Shown in pieces: positions 22,101 through 34,000 of a stretch of 64,000 bases of DNA (its first letter is position 1; the number at the start of each line of letters is the position of its first letter). The position numbers and the translations under genes were made by a program. The DNA comes from Rebecca billardiae RCC1528 (Eukaryota > Protista > Haptophyta): contig OZ251229.1 in the NCBI GenBank assembly GCA_965240325.2, positions 2,836,836 to 2,900,835 of the forward strand, in the 5' to 3' direction. A model generated the notes under the pieces. The model was not told the DNA's origin. It was given only the letters and a program-made list of their open reading frames with translations, and ran no database searches.

Positions 22101-24216
22101 ATGACAGCATTGGACACGAGGTCAGAGAACGGGATCTCGGCGCGAGTCTCGTCGACCGCCTCGCCCGTCAGCCGCGTGACGAGGCGCACGCGCTGCGCGG
22201 GGTCGGGGTGGGGGCTCGGGGCGGGGCGTGAGGGTGAGGGTTGGGCGTGGCGTCGGCTCGTCAGCCCAGCCCACGCGGCGCGCCGTGCGGCGTGAGCGCG
22301 CGCGCGCGGCGCGGCGCCGGCCGGCACGCACGCTTGCGCAGCAGCCAACGTGGTGCGCTCCGGGCGCGCCGCCGCCGCCGCCGCGCAGCCGCCCCCGCCC
22401 TGCGCGCGCACGCAGCCCAACGCCCACACCCCGCGCACGCGCGCGCGCGCGCCGCACCTGCGCGAGGTACGTCGCGAGCTGGCGGAAAAAGGGACCAATG
22501 ATCGTCGGCTGCTGCGCGAGCGTTTTCTCAATAAATTGCGCCGAAATGGAATAGACCTCGACCGTGGCGGACTCGGCGACGATGGACGCCATGGCCTTCT
22601 CGCCCGAGAGGAGGGACATCTCGCAGAAGTACGCGCCGGTGTGCAGCGTGTGCACGCGCACCGCCTCCACCCGGCCCATCACCGACCGCGCCTTGAGCAC
22701 CGACACGGTCCCGTTAGCGATCTGGAAGAGGCGGTGTGGCGCCGAGCCCTCCGTCACGATTGCGTCGCCCTTCGAGTAGGTGTGGTGCTGCGCGCCCGCG
22801 AGGAGCACCTGCGCGCAGCACGCACGCGGCGCCGCGCGGAAGGGGGCGCGAGATGCGCGGCCGGGGGCGGGGGGGGCTTCGGCTCAGCCGCCGCGCCCGT
22901 CGCTCGCGCGGCTGAGGGCCGCCGCGCGCGGCGCGGCTGCGCTCGGCGCGGCGCGGTGTCGCGCGCGCGCGGTCGCGCGCGCGCGGCCAGCGGTCGGCGC
23001 GCGCGCGCACCCGCAGCGCGTCCTCCTCGCCCTTCTTCGCGGCCGCGCCCGACGCGGAGCCGGGCGCAGCGTCCTGGTCGTCGTCCAGCTCCGAGTCGTC
23101 CGTGTCCGCCACCTCGGCGCCCGCCGCGCCGCCGGCAGCGCGGCTCGGCGCCGCGGCCGCGCCGCCGTCGTCGTCGTCGCCGCCGCCGTCTTCGCCGACG
23201 GTGCCGAGCGCGCCGGCGGCGATGGAGGGGCGGTGCGGGTCGGCGGCGTACTTGGAGAGCCGCCGGTTCGAGCCGTTCGCCAGCGTGCCCGCCGCCTGCG
23301 CCTTGAGCAGCTTCTGCCGCGCCGCCTCGAGCACCGTCCAGATCTCAAGAGACTCCTCAGACGCCACCGTGAGCTTGGTCGGCGCGCCGCCCGCGCCGAG
23401 CGGCGCGCAGAGGAGGGCGACGGTGCCGCCGTTCGGGTCGTGCGCGACCTTCTCGACGTCGGCGAGCAGCACGCTTTCCGCGTGCGTCAGCGCGAGCACG
23501 CGCGCGAGGAAGCCCACGTGCGCCTCGAAGACGAAGAGCGTGCCGCGCACCTTGAGACCGTGCAGCTTGACGACCACGCAGACGCCGTCGTACGCCGCGA
23601 CGAACGCCTCGTGGTCGGGGACGCCGAAGCGGCTGCGCTGCTTGCGCAGCTGCTTGGCGGTGAGCTCCTTGCTCAGGTGCCCCACCGGCGCGGGCGCCGA
23701 CGACGCCTCGCGCGTCTCCGCCGCCGTGCGCGCGACCGCGCGCAGCCGGCGCGCGAGCGAGACAGACACATAGCGATAGAACGCACCGGCGAGGTGCGGC
23801 GCGGCGTCGAGCTCCTTGCGCAGCGTGGCCTTGGGCACGCGGTCGATCTCGGCCACGTCCGAGTCCACCACGCACGAGGCGCACGGCGGGATCCGCGCGT
23901 CGAGGAACGAGAGCTCACCCATCACGTCGCCCGGCTGCAGCGTGAGCAACGTCGCGCCCGGCCCCTTCTCGACGCGCACGACGCCGCTGGCGAGGCGGTA
24001 GACGTAGTCGGAGGCCTGGCCGTCGACGATGACGACGTCGTTGTGCGCGTACCGCACGCGCGTCGCGATCGACGAGAGCATCTCCATCCACGCCTCGCCC
24101 TCGGCGCCCTTGGCGGCGCCGCCGCCAAACTCGACGCGCGAGTGCCGCGCGCTGCCGGCGTCGGCGCGCGGCGCGCCGAGCGCGGCGTGCGGCGGCGCGG
24201 CGTGTGCGATCTTCAT
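19198..24216 (-). CDS. 8-exon cNMP-binding / GRAM / cNMP-binding / RGS-like / AGC (GRK-like) Ser/Thr kinase
   Basis: Exons approx. 24216-23011, 22808-22458, 22192-21545, 21129-20888, 20577-20360, 20124-20030, 19848-19675 and 19419-19198, all GT-AG. Motifs GDVMGELSFL, GAYFCEMSLL, GTLFVFEAHVGF, ARRIWDRFL, LGEGYEG, YALK, YRDLKPAN, DMG, CGTQRYMAPE, RLG...HPFF. Confidence 0.85.
20127..20199 (+). repeat. Degenerate (TTAGGG)n interstitial telomere-like tract in kinase intron 5
   Basis: gggttagggttagggtgttagggttaggg...ttaggggttagggtagg, directly adjacent to the acceptor. Confidence 0.85.
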
Positions 24217-24652
24217 CGGCGGGCGGGGCCGGCGGCTGCGCGGGCGCGTCCGGCGGGGTGCGGCTCCGGACGGGCGGGAGGCGCGCGCGCGCGTGTGGGC
24301 GCGAGCTCGCTGGTGGGCTGCGGGCTCCCGGTGGCAGCTTGCTTGCAGTTTGTGGCGCGGCTTATGGGATCGACAAAGGTCGTTACTGCCACCGTATGTA
24401 TGCGGGTAATGCCTATTCATCAGCCCATTCATCAGCGCCACCGCGACGAAGCGGCGCTGGTCAGCAGGCGAGTGCGCAGCGGCAAGACCGATGGAAACGA
24501 ACTTAGTGGAGCGCTCGCCCCCCACCGGACCGTCGTCGTCCGTGGGTCGTCTTGTCAAGCCCCGGACAGACACGCCCTCCAAAACCGGTCATGCGCGCGA
24601 CGAACCGCGCGGGCGGCATCGTCGGGCCGCCGCCGTGATTGTGCGCACCCTC

Positions 24653-27228
24653 ATGGCAGTGGGGCCGGCAGCGGCGGCACGGCGCGCGCTCGCGCGCGGC
24701 GCGGCGGGCGCGCTCGCGCTCGCGCTCGCGTGCGCGGCGGGCGGGGGCAAGATGTACATCAACACCGTCGGGTACACGCCCGACGCGCCCAAGCTCGCCA
24801 CCGTCGAGCACAAGTGGTGCGACGCGCAATCGGACTTCAAGGTGATGCGCGCGGGCGCGCCCGCCGACGACGCGCCCGTGCTGTCGGGGAAGCTGACGCC
24901 GATCCCGGGGGCGAAGGACATGTGCCGGGCGGACTTCTCCGAGCTGCGCACGCCGGGCAACTACACGCTCGTCGCCGTCGACCTCGCCTCCTCCAGCCCG
25001 TTCGAGGTGTCGCCCGCCGCGGTCAACCGGGTGTTCCGCATGGCGATGGAGGGCTTCTGGCTGGCGCGGTGCGGGATGGACGTGCCCGTGCTGCCGCGCT
25101 CGGCCGACATCGTGACCACCTCGTACACCGGCCGCCCCTTCGCACACGCCAACTGCCACCGCGAGGACGGCTGGGTCGACGCCAAGCACACGCACGAGCA
25201 CGTGCCTGAGTCTGAGAACGGCGGCGAGCGGTACAAGAACGGCACGGGCGGGTGGCACGACGCGGGGGACTACGGGAAGTACTCGGTGAACACGGGGTTC
25301 ACGCTCGGCGTGCTCATGTTCGGCTGGGAGCACTGGGGCGAGCGCATCGGCTGCGCCGACCTCGGGCTGCGCGGCGCGCTCGAGGCGGCCGCGCACGGCG
25401 CCCACGGCCACGCCCACTCGCCCGCGCCCTCTGAGCTCTCGTCCGGATCGCGGCTCCCGGACTATCTGGACGAGACGCGGTGGGGGATGGCGTGGCTGCT
25501 CAAGATGCAGAAGGACGACGGCACCGTCTACCACAAGCTCACGCCCAAGGGCTTCGCCTCCTTCGGCGACGTGCCCGAGGCCGATCCCTCGCGCCGCTAC
25601 TACTCGCCGTGGTCGACGTCGGCGACCGGCAACGTCGCCTCGACGGGCGCGCAGTGCGCGCGCGTGTTCCGCTCGCACGACTCGAAGCTGGCGGACGCGT
25701 GCCTCGCCGCGGCGAAGCGCGCGTGGACCGCGCTCGAGGCGCACCCCGAGGAGGTCAAGCCCGACCTCAGCGCCTTTGGCACCGGTGCGCGCACGCGCAG
25801 TGCGCGCGCGCGCCCCTCCGCGCGCGGCGCCGGCCGCGCCGGCACCGCGCTCGCCGCTCACCCGCCGCGGCCGCCCGCGCGCGCGCGCGCGCGCCGCGCG
25901 GCGGCGGTGCTCGCAGGCACGTACGTGATGTTCGAGAACCCGGAGTGGGACGACGGCATCCGCATCTGGGCCGCGATGGAGCTGTACGAGACCACGGGCG
26001 ACCAGAAGTATCTTCACGCGGGCGAGGCTCTGATCCGAAAGCTCAACCGGCCAGCGGCCGAGTGCGGCAGCATGCCTCAGCCGTCCGGGTGCAAGGTGGC
26101 GGACCAGCTGGACTGGGACGAGCAGCGCAACCTGGGGATGCTGCGGTACGCCACGCTGAGCAGCAGCAAGAACCGCGACGAGCAGCTCTACCGCGAGGTC
26201 GTCGAGAGCTTCCGGGTGCGCCGCCCCGCCGCGGCGGCCGCGGTGGCGCGCGCGCGCGCGCCGCGCCGCGACGGCCGCGCTGAGCCAGCCGTGTGCCCAC
26301 GCGCGCCCACGCCGCGCCCGCCGCGCCGCGCGCCGCGCCGCGCCGCCGGCGTGCAGGTGGTCACGTCGGGGATGGTCGATCGGCAGCGCCGCGACGCGTA
26401 CGCCGACACGCTCGCCGGCTTCACCAAGTGGGGCGTCAACGGCGAGGCCGCGCGGCAGACCCTTGTCCTGCACGCCGCCGAGAAAGTTCTCGGAAGCAAC
26501 CGCACGCTCGTGGACGCGCAGTTCAACCAGCTGTCGCACCTGCTCGGGCTGAACATGTACGGCCGGTCGTACGTGACGCACCTGGGGCACGAGCCGCCGC
26601 TGCACCCGCACCACCGGCCGAGCATGGTGTACAAGGACCCGTGGCCCGGATACCTCGTCGGCGGGCCCAACTCGGGTGCGGCGGCCCGGCCGGCGCGCCG
26701 GCGCGCGCACACCGACGCGCGCCGACGCGCGCGCGCGCGCGCGCGCACGCGCGGACGCGCGCCGCCCTCACGCGCGGCGGCCGCCGGCACCCGCGACGCG
26801 CGGCAGGCTGGAAGGACGCGTGGCTCGCGTTCCGCTCGAACGAGGTGGCGATCAACTGGAACGCCGGACTCGCCTACGCCGCCGCGCGCTGGTTCACCTG
26901 CGACGCGGGAAAGTACGCGGGCAGCGGCGGCGCGAGCGCGCACCCGGCACAACTGGCGGCGCGCCGCCCGACCGAGGAGCCGCCGGCGGCTGGCGGCGAG
27001 GGCGGCGGGCATCGGCGGCGGCACAGGCACGAGGACGAGGGCTCGGCGCGGGAGGAGGAGGACGACCACGCGCGGCGCGAGCGGCACGAGCGACACAGGC
27101 GGCACGACGAAGCTAACGAACCGCCCGGCGCCGCCGACGCTCACGACAACGAGGCGGGCGGCGGGCGGAGCAAGCGCGACTTGAAGCGCGAGGCGCGGCA
27201 CGCGCGGCACCACCGGGGCGAGGACTGA
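24653..27228 (+). CDS. Secreted glycoside hydrolase family 9 with N-terminal Ig-like (CelD_N) domain, 4 exons
   Basis: INTVGY, GGWHDAGDYGKY, HPHHRPS, PGYLVGGPN, NEVAINWN. Introns 25785-25916, 26216-26356 and 26676-26806. His/Arg/Glu-rich tail. Confidence 0.9.
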
Positions 27229-27491
27229 GCCTGAGGCAGGTGCAGCGGCGGCGGCGGGGGCGCGGAGAGGCGCGCGGCTGGGCGGGGGCGGGGGCAGGCG
27301 TGCCGCCATGCCGTCCGGGCATCAGCCGTCGTCGCGCCGAGCCGCGCGGCGCTCGGCCGTTGCCCTTGCAAGCGGCTTGCCATTGGGCTTGGCTGCGCAT
27401 GATGCGCAACATTAAATTATATATATAAGCTGTTAGTGTTACGACTGCTCCGACGACAGCAGTCTTCTAGCAGCCGTCGTCGTCATCTATA

Positions 27492-27494
<3 letters not shown>

Positions 27495-27540
<46 letters not shown>
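27495..27540. repeat. (TA)n microsatellite between convergent genes
   Basis: Seen directly. Confidence 0.9.
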
Positions 27541-27541
<1 letters not shown>

Positions 27542-27787
27542 TATGATGACTCAGATATCGATGGCAACACTGCAGTGCCAGACTCAGCAGACTCTCACCC
27601 AGACACTGCGACTCTGCTGAGTCTGAGGCCGGTGCCCTTGGGCTTGGCCTGCGTCCCGCCTACTAGTACTGCTACTGCCTCCGCGCCTGGCTACTGCGCC
27701 CGCCGCCGACTGGCCGCATCACTCATCAGCGCCGGCCAGCGCGCCGGCGGGCGCGGCGGGCCGCGTGGCAGCTGGCAGACTGCTCGC

Positions 27788-29089
27788 TCACGCGAGCAGC
27801 ACCGAGCCCTTGCGCTCGGCCGCGCGCTTGGTGAAGTCCCCGCCGCCCGGCCCGCCGCCGCCCGCCGCCGCGGCCGCCGCCTCCTCCTGCTGCGCCAGCC
27901 CCTGCTTGAAGACGGTGTGCAGCTGCGCGCAGACGGCGCTCAGGTTGGCGCGCGCGGTGGAGACGAGCGCCGCCTTGGACGCGGCGACGCGCTGCTCGCT
28001 CGCGCGCGTCGTCGCGTGCTGCGTCGCCAGCTCGGCCGCGCTCTGCCCAAAGTGCGGCGCCTGCCGCGCCTTGGCGGCAGCCGCGGCGGCGGCGGCCGAG
28101 CCTTCCTCCAGATCCTCAAGTCCGGTGGGGTTGGCGGAAGTCCGGCCGTCGAGCAGGTCGACGGCGCCGACGAGCTGCTCGGTGGACATCTGCCCGCCGA
28201 GCACCGCCTTCAGGCAGATCAGCGTGCGCTCCTCCGCCTCCGCCTCCAGCCCGTGCAGCGCCGCGTCGAGCGCAGCCGTGAGCGCCAGCGCCCACTCGTT
28301 ACTCACGTGAGTAGCGGCGAGCTCTATCACGTGCTGCGCCCCGTGCAGCAGCTGCGAGGCCATCGAGACGGCGGAGGTGGTGCTGCCCGCCGCGACGCGC
28401 TCGATGTCCAGCTCGTCGCGCAGCCGCACCGCGTCCACCGAGCTCGCGTGGATCGCCGCGCGCCCGGGGAAGAGCGCGCGCAGCTTGCGCGTCGGCAGGC
28501 CGGCCGCCAGCACGACGACGAGCGTCTGCGGACGGATCTCGTGCCGGATGGCGGTGGCGATGGCGGGGAGCTGCGGCGGGAGGACGGCGATGAAGAGGAC
28601 GTTCACGTCGCGCGCGACGCCCGCGTTGTCGAACGACACCGTCGCGCCCTGCGACGAGAGGTCGGTGCAGCGCGAGACCGTGCGCGTCGAGATTGCAATC
28701 TCGGACGGCTGCGTGAGCCCCGCGTCCAGCAGCGTCTGGAGGACGGTGCGGCCGACCATGCCGCAGCCGATCATGCCGACGCGCATCGAAGGGGGCATCT
28801 CGGGCGACTGGTTCACGTACCCCTGCCCCGCCGACGCGTTCGCCGAGCGGTACTGCTGCAGCCGCTTCTTCCACGTGTGCGGGTGCTTGTCGATCACGCG
28901 CGCGGTCGCGAGCTCCTGCACGCAGCGGAAGGCGTACGTGACGAAGAGGCAGTGCGTGGCGACGACGGCCTTGATCGCGTGCGCCGCGAGGTAGTGCGGG
29001 AAGATCTCGGGGTCCACGCGCCGGTCGATCGGCACGAGCTTGAGCCCCTTGCGCAGCTCGGCCGCGAGCTTCTCGTCCAGCTCCGCCAT
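27788..29089 (-). CDS. NOXRED1-like / pyrroline-5-carboxylate-reductase-like NADP oxidoreductase
   Basis: VGMIGCGMVG Rossmann motif, IAISTR, FDNAGVARDVNVLFIAVLPPQL. Confidence 0.7.
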   Translation of the reverse strand: MAELDEKLAAELRKGLKLVPIDRRVDPEIFPHYLAAHAIKAVVATHCLFVTYAFRCVQELATARVIDKHPHTWKKRLQQYRSANASAGQGYVNQSPEMPPSMRVGMIGCGMVGRTVLQTLLDAGLTQPSEIAISTRTVSRCTDLSSQGATVSFDNAGVARDVNVLFIAVLPPQLPAIATAIRHEIRPQTLVVVLAAGLPTRKLRALFPGRAAIHASSVDAVRLRDELDIERVAAGSTTSAVSMASQLLHGAQHVIELAATHVSNEWALALTAALDAALHGLEAEAEERTLICLKAVLGGQMSTEQLVGAVDLLDGRTSANPTGLEDLEEGSAAAAAAAAKARQAPHFGQSAAELATQHATTRASEQRVAASKAALVSTARANLSAVCAQLHTVFKQGLAQQEEAAAAAAGGGGPGGGDFTKRAAERKGSVLLA

Positions 29090-29255
29090 CGCGAAAAGAG
29101 CCGCGCTGCTTGATAACGGTCGTCGTCGGCGGGCGCCCAAGCGGGCGCATTGTCATCAGCGTTTTCCGTCCCCCAGGAAAAACAATTCCCCTGCGATTTT
29201 CCGTGCACCGCCGCGCCTGGCGTGCCGCGTGGCCGGCCACGGAAGGCGGGCAGCA

Positions 29256-30524
29256 ATGGGCGCGCCCAAGCGATCGCGCCTGGCGCTCAACCTGCTGTGG
29301 CAGGCGGCGGTGCCGCTGGCGCGCGGCGCGGCGCCGTGGGCGCCGTGGCCCCTCGCGCCGGGCAGCGTCGGCGCGCCGCTCGGTGGGCGCAGGCCCGTCG
29401 CGCGCGCCGCCGCGCTCATGAGCGCCGCGCCGCCCGGCGCGCGCGGCGCGCGAAGCGGCGCGCGCGAGGCCACCGAGGCGTGGGAGTGGCGCCCCGTGAT
29501 CTCGTGGTACCCGGGGCACATCGCGCGGGCGGAGAAGCAGCTGCTCGACATGCTCAAGATGGTCGACGTCGTGATCGAGCTCCGCGACTCGCGCATCCCG
29601 ACCGCGACGCACCACCCGCTGATCACGCAGTGGGTGGGCTCGCGCGGGCACGTCCTCGTCATGAACCGGATGGACGCGGTGCCGACGTCGGTCGTGCAGG
29701 ACTGGAGCCGGCACTTCGAGGCGGAGGGCGTCGAGGCGCACTGGGTCAACGCGCGCGACGGCAAGGGCGTCGACGCCGCCAAGCGCGCCATCCTGCGCGC
29801 GGGCGCGCACGTGAACGCCAAGCGCAAGCGCAAGGGTCTGCTGCCGAGAGCGGTGCGCGCGTGTGTGCTCGGGTTCCCCAACGTGGGCAAGTCGGCGCTG
29901 ATCAACCGGCTGGTCGGACGCGCGAAGCTCAAGTCGGAGAACCGCGCCGGCGTCACGCGCTCCTTCGCCTGGGCCGCCGTCGGCGGCGCGAAGGCGCGGC
30001 GCGTCGGGCGCGCGTCGGCCGGAGGCGGCACTTCCCAGCTCGAGCTGCTTGATACTCCTGGCATCATCCCGGCGCGGCAGGTGAGCCAGCGCGCGGCGTA
30101 CATGCTCGCGGTGTGCGACGACATCGGCGCCGCGGCGTACGACTCGTACGCCGTCGCGCTCACCCTGCTCGCCGAGCTCCGCGCCGCCGCGCCCGGCTAC
30201 GTGCCCGCGGGCGTGCTCGAGGCGCGGTACGGTTTTGGGCTGGGCGAAGAGCGTGCGGCGCCCGCGGCGGCGGCGGCGGAGGGCGCGGGCGCGGGCGCGG
30301 AGGCGGAGGCGTGCGGCTCGCCCGAGGCGTTCCTAGCGCGCGTCGCCACCGAGCGCTGCGCCGGCGACCTCGAGCGCGCCACCGTGCAGCTGCTCCAGGA
30401 CTTCCGCTCCGGCCGCCTCGGCACAATCGGCCTCGAGTCGCCGCGCGGCTACTCTGGCGCCGCGGCCGCGCCGGACGACCAAGGGGCGCGCGAGCTGTCC
30501 GCGGCGCGCCGGCGCGGCGGCTGA
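29256..30524 (+). CDS. Organellar ribosome biogenesis GTPase, RbgA/YlqF family
   Basis: ISWYPGHIARA, ELRDSRIP, NRMD, GFPNVGKSALIN, AGVTR, LLDTPGI, DFRSGRLG. N-terminal targeting-like extension. Confidence 0.9.
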   Translation: MGAPKRSRLALNLLWQAAVPLARGAAPWAPWPLAPGSVGAPLGGRRPVARAAALMSAAPPGARGARSGAREATEAWEWRPVISWYPGHIARAEKQLLDMLKMVDVVIELRDSRIPTATHHPLITQWVGSRGHVLVMNRMDAVPTSVVQDWSRHFEAEGVEAHWVNARDGKGVDAAKRAILRAGAHVNAKRKRKGLLPRAVRACVLGFPNVGKSALINRLVGRAKLKSENRAGVTRSFAWAAVGGAKARRVGRASAGGGTSQLELLDTPGIIPARQVSQRAAYMLAVCDDIGAAAYDSYAVALTLLAELRAAAPGYVPAGVLEARYGFGLGEERAAPAAAAAEGAGAGAEAEACGSPEAFLARVATERCAGDLERATVQLLQDFRSGRLGTIGLESPRGYSGAAAAPDDQGARELSAARRRGG

Positions 30525-31065
30525 GGCCGTGGCTCGGGCGGGGGGCTGAGGCGGACGCAGCCAGCGCGCGGTGCTGCGCGCTCGGCAGCGCGCTGCCGCG
30601 CCGCCGCTGCGCAGATCGACGACATATGCTGGCGGCGCTTATTTAGCACCTTCGCGATCCGTATCGCGTGTCAGGCTCTGAGACTGAGACTGAGACTGAG
30701 TCTGTCAGTGTCAGTCTGACGTCAAGTCACGTCAACGTGAACGACAACGTCAACGTGCCGAGTAGGATCGAACTCGAAGCCGCTGACCGCCCGCTGGGCC
30801 CCGCCCCGGGCGCGGCCCGGACTGATCACACTCACACTGCGGCTTGTATCATTATATTATATTATATTATATATATATATATGTATCTGTTATCTGATGC
30901 TGCATGTGCCGCCATGTGCATGGCGATGACGAGACATGTGGTCGTGCCGCCCGCCCGCGCGCCAGCGCGCTCGCACTGGCGCTCGCAGTCGCAGATGGTC
31001 GCGGCTCCGCCGCCCCGGCGCCGCCGCATCAGGCTGCGGCCGACAGGCGGCGCGTGGAGCGATGG

Positions 31066-34000
31066 CTACATGATGGCGCACACCGACGACTGCTTTTGGC
31101 CGGAGGCGCCGCCGCCCGCCGCAGCGGCCGCCGCCGCCTCCGGCTCGGCCTCGGAGCGACGCGGCGGCGGCGGCTCGGCCGCCTCGGTCCAGTCCCGCTC
31201 CCCTTCGGCTTCGCCGTCTTCCGAGCTGGCTTCTGCCGCGTGCTCGGCGGCAGCCTGCACGGCAGAGGGCGCCGAGCGGCGCTCGGGCGCGGGCTGGATC
31301 GGCGGCAGCTCCTCCTCCTCGCGCTCGGCGGGCGGCGGCTTGCGCGGCGGCGGCGCCCGGCTGCGCGCGCCCTTGCCGCCGCCGCGGCCGAACGGCCCGT
31401 CCAGTGGCGTGCCGCCCGCCTGCGCACGCACGCACGCCGGCAGCAGCGGGCACAGGGAGTCCGGGTGCGGGCGGGCGCGGTGAGCCAAAAAGGGCGATGG
31501 CGGCTCGCGGCGGCACGCGCGGCGCGCACCCTGAGCTGCGGGATCTTCTCCCAGTACCGCGTCGCCTCGAGCCGCTCGAAGCGGCCCTCCATCTGCCCCA
31601 GCCGCTGCAGCAACAGGTCTAGCGGGCCGCCCGCCGCGGTCGAGAGCTGCGCGCGCGCGCGCCCGGCCGAGGGGCGGAGGGCGCGCGCGGGGCGGGCGTG
31701 AGCGCGCGTGCGGCGGGCGACGGAGGCCGCGGCGCGCGGGCGTCGCGGCGCCGCCCGCCCTCCGCGCGGGGCGGCGCACCTGCGGGCACAGCGACTGGCA
31801 CGTGCCGCACAGCGGGAACTTTGCGCTCCCGTCGAAGCTGCCGAATTCAAACGGCTGGTCCGAGTAGACGGTCAGCGAGAACGGGCACTCGACGCCCGGC
31901 AGGTAGGTGGCGGGGACGAGGACGTAGGGCGCGGCGCGCGAGGCGCGGCCGAGGGAGAGCTCGAGCGAGAGGCCGTCGTCCTGGAAGAACTCCGACTCGG
32001 CGCACAGGTTCCCCGGCCCCACCATCTGCACGCGCGCCATCCCGTCGCCGCGCACGAGGCTCAGCTGGATCGGCGGCGGCGCGGTCGGTTCGCCCGTGTC
32101 CGCGTCGCGCGCGCCGTCGCTGGGCACGTCGAGGAAGGCGAAGACGCGCGCGCGCGCGGAGGGGAGGAGGTAGAACTGCGGGTTGTTCCGCCACGTGTCG
32201 TGCGCGCGCGAGCCGCCCGCGCCCTCCGCGCGCCACGCGTGCGCGAGCGTGGTGCTCCACCAATCAGACGGCGGCCCGACCGGCACGAGATCGAAATCTG
32301 GCACGCCGTTGTCGTCGAGGTCGTCGCACTGGACGGTGAGGACGAAGCGGCCCTCGCGGCCGGGCTCGTACGTGCACGGCATGAACACGTACGGCGCGTC
32401 CGACGGCTCCAGCGTGCACTCGAGCGAGACCGTGCGCTTGTACTGCGGGTCGCGCTTCGCCACCACCTCCTCTTCGCTCAGCAACACGAGCTTGCGCCGC
32501 GCCGCGTCTGGCGGCTCGTTGCCGCGCAGCACGTACAGGCCAACGGCCTTGTCGTAGCCGTCGCGCGCGCCGGCGTCGGGGCCGGCGGGCGCGCGCGCGT
32601 CGAGCTGCGTGAGCGTGGCGAACACGCGCATCGCCTGCCGGTGCGGCCGCAGCAGCCACTGCGGGTTGTGCCGCCACGTCGAGAAGTTGGTCGCGCCGCC
32701 CGCGCCCACGCCCGCCCACGCGCCGCGGCACACGACTTTAGTCCACACGTCGTCGAGCATGCGCATGGCGTAGACCTTGTTGAAGTAGTGGGTGAAGTCG
32801 TCCCACGAGATCCAGAACGTGCCGTCCGCCGTGTCCTCCTTGTAGTTGAGCATCTGCCGCATGCGCACCGTCCAGCGCTCGGACGTGTCACACCAGTCGC
32901 CCGTCCACTCGCGGTCCGAGGCGGCGCGCACGCGCAGCAGCTTGTGGCCCATCATCTGGCCTCCGGTTAGGAGCGCGTATGCGCGGTTGACCTCGAGGCC
33001 CATCTGCTCGACCTCGCGCGCGCTCGCGCCGCGCCCCGCGCCCTCCGCCTGCTTCGCGTTGAACTGGCACCCCACCACGTACCCCGCATGCAACCAGTAC
33101 AGCAGCTGGCTCCACAGCTCGTCCGGCCGCGCGCCGCCCGGTATGCGCTCGCGCGTGATTGGCTCGTTGAGGAGAACCTTCTCGCCGGTGGAGCCGGTGA
33201 GGTCCTCGAGCGCCTCCATCACGGTGCCGCCGCGGTCGAGCCGGTCGTACCCGCCGACGAACTTGGCGTACGCCTTCTCGAGCAGCGGCAGCCAGAACAC
33301 GCTCGGGTCGGGGCAGCTCGCGAACAGCAGGCGGCCGTCGGGGCCGCACGGCAGTCGATCATCCACAAGCACAACCTCCCAAGAGGTCTCGGCGTGGAAG
33401 CGGAACGCGTACGCGCCGCACGACTCGGCGAGCGAGGTGTCGACGAAGACCTTGCGCACCAGCTCGGGGTTCGACGCGACGATGTTCGCCGCGCTCAGCA
33501 GGAACCGGTCGTTCAGCGCGCCCTGCACCACGCCCGCAATCTCCCACTCCGAGATCCAAAGCCGCGCGGCGCCGCCCGCGCCGCCGGCGCCGCCGCTCGC
33601 CGCGCGCGCGATCTCGTCCGGTCGGCGCCAGCTCACGCCGCCGACGCGCGCGGCGAGGCCGTCGGGGAGCGAGATGTCCGCCGCGGGGAAGCGCGGGTCC
33701 TCCCACTTCCCGCCCGACGCCGCGCACGCCCCCTCGATCTCGCGCAGCGACTCGCGCAGCGCCGCGCGCTGCCGGTCGCTCAGCCCCTGGCCGAGGTTCA
33801 CGACCTCGGGCCAAGACTCGTCGGCGGTGGGCGGCGGCTCGAGCATGGTGGGGCGCGGGGGCTCGTCGGCCGACGGATCGGCCGACGCGCCCGCCGCGCC
33901 CGCGTCGCGCAGCCGCCGCTCCAGCTCGGCGATGCGCATCTCCTTCGCCTCCAGCGCCTGCCTGAGCGCGCGCGTGTCCGCGCCGCCGCCGTCCGCTCCA

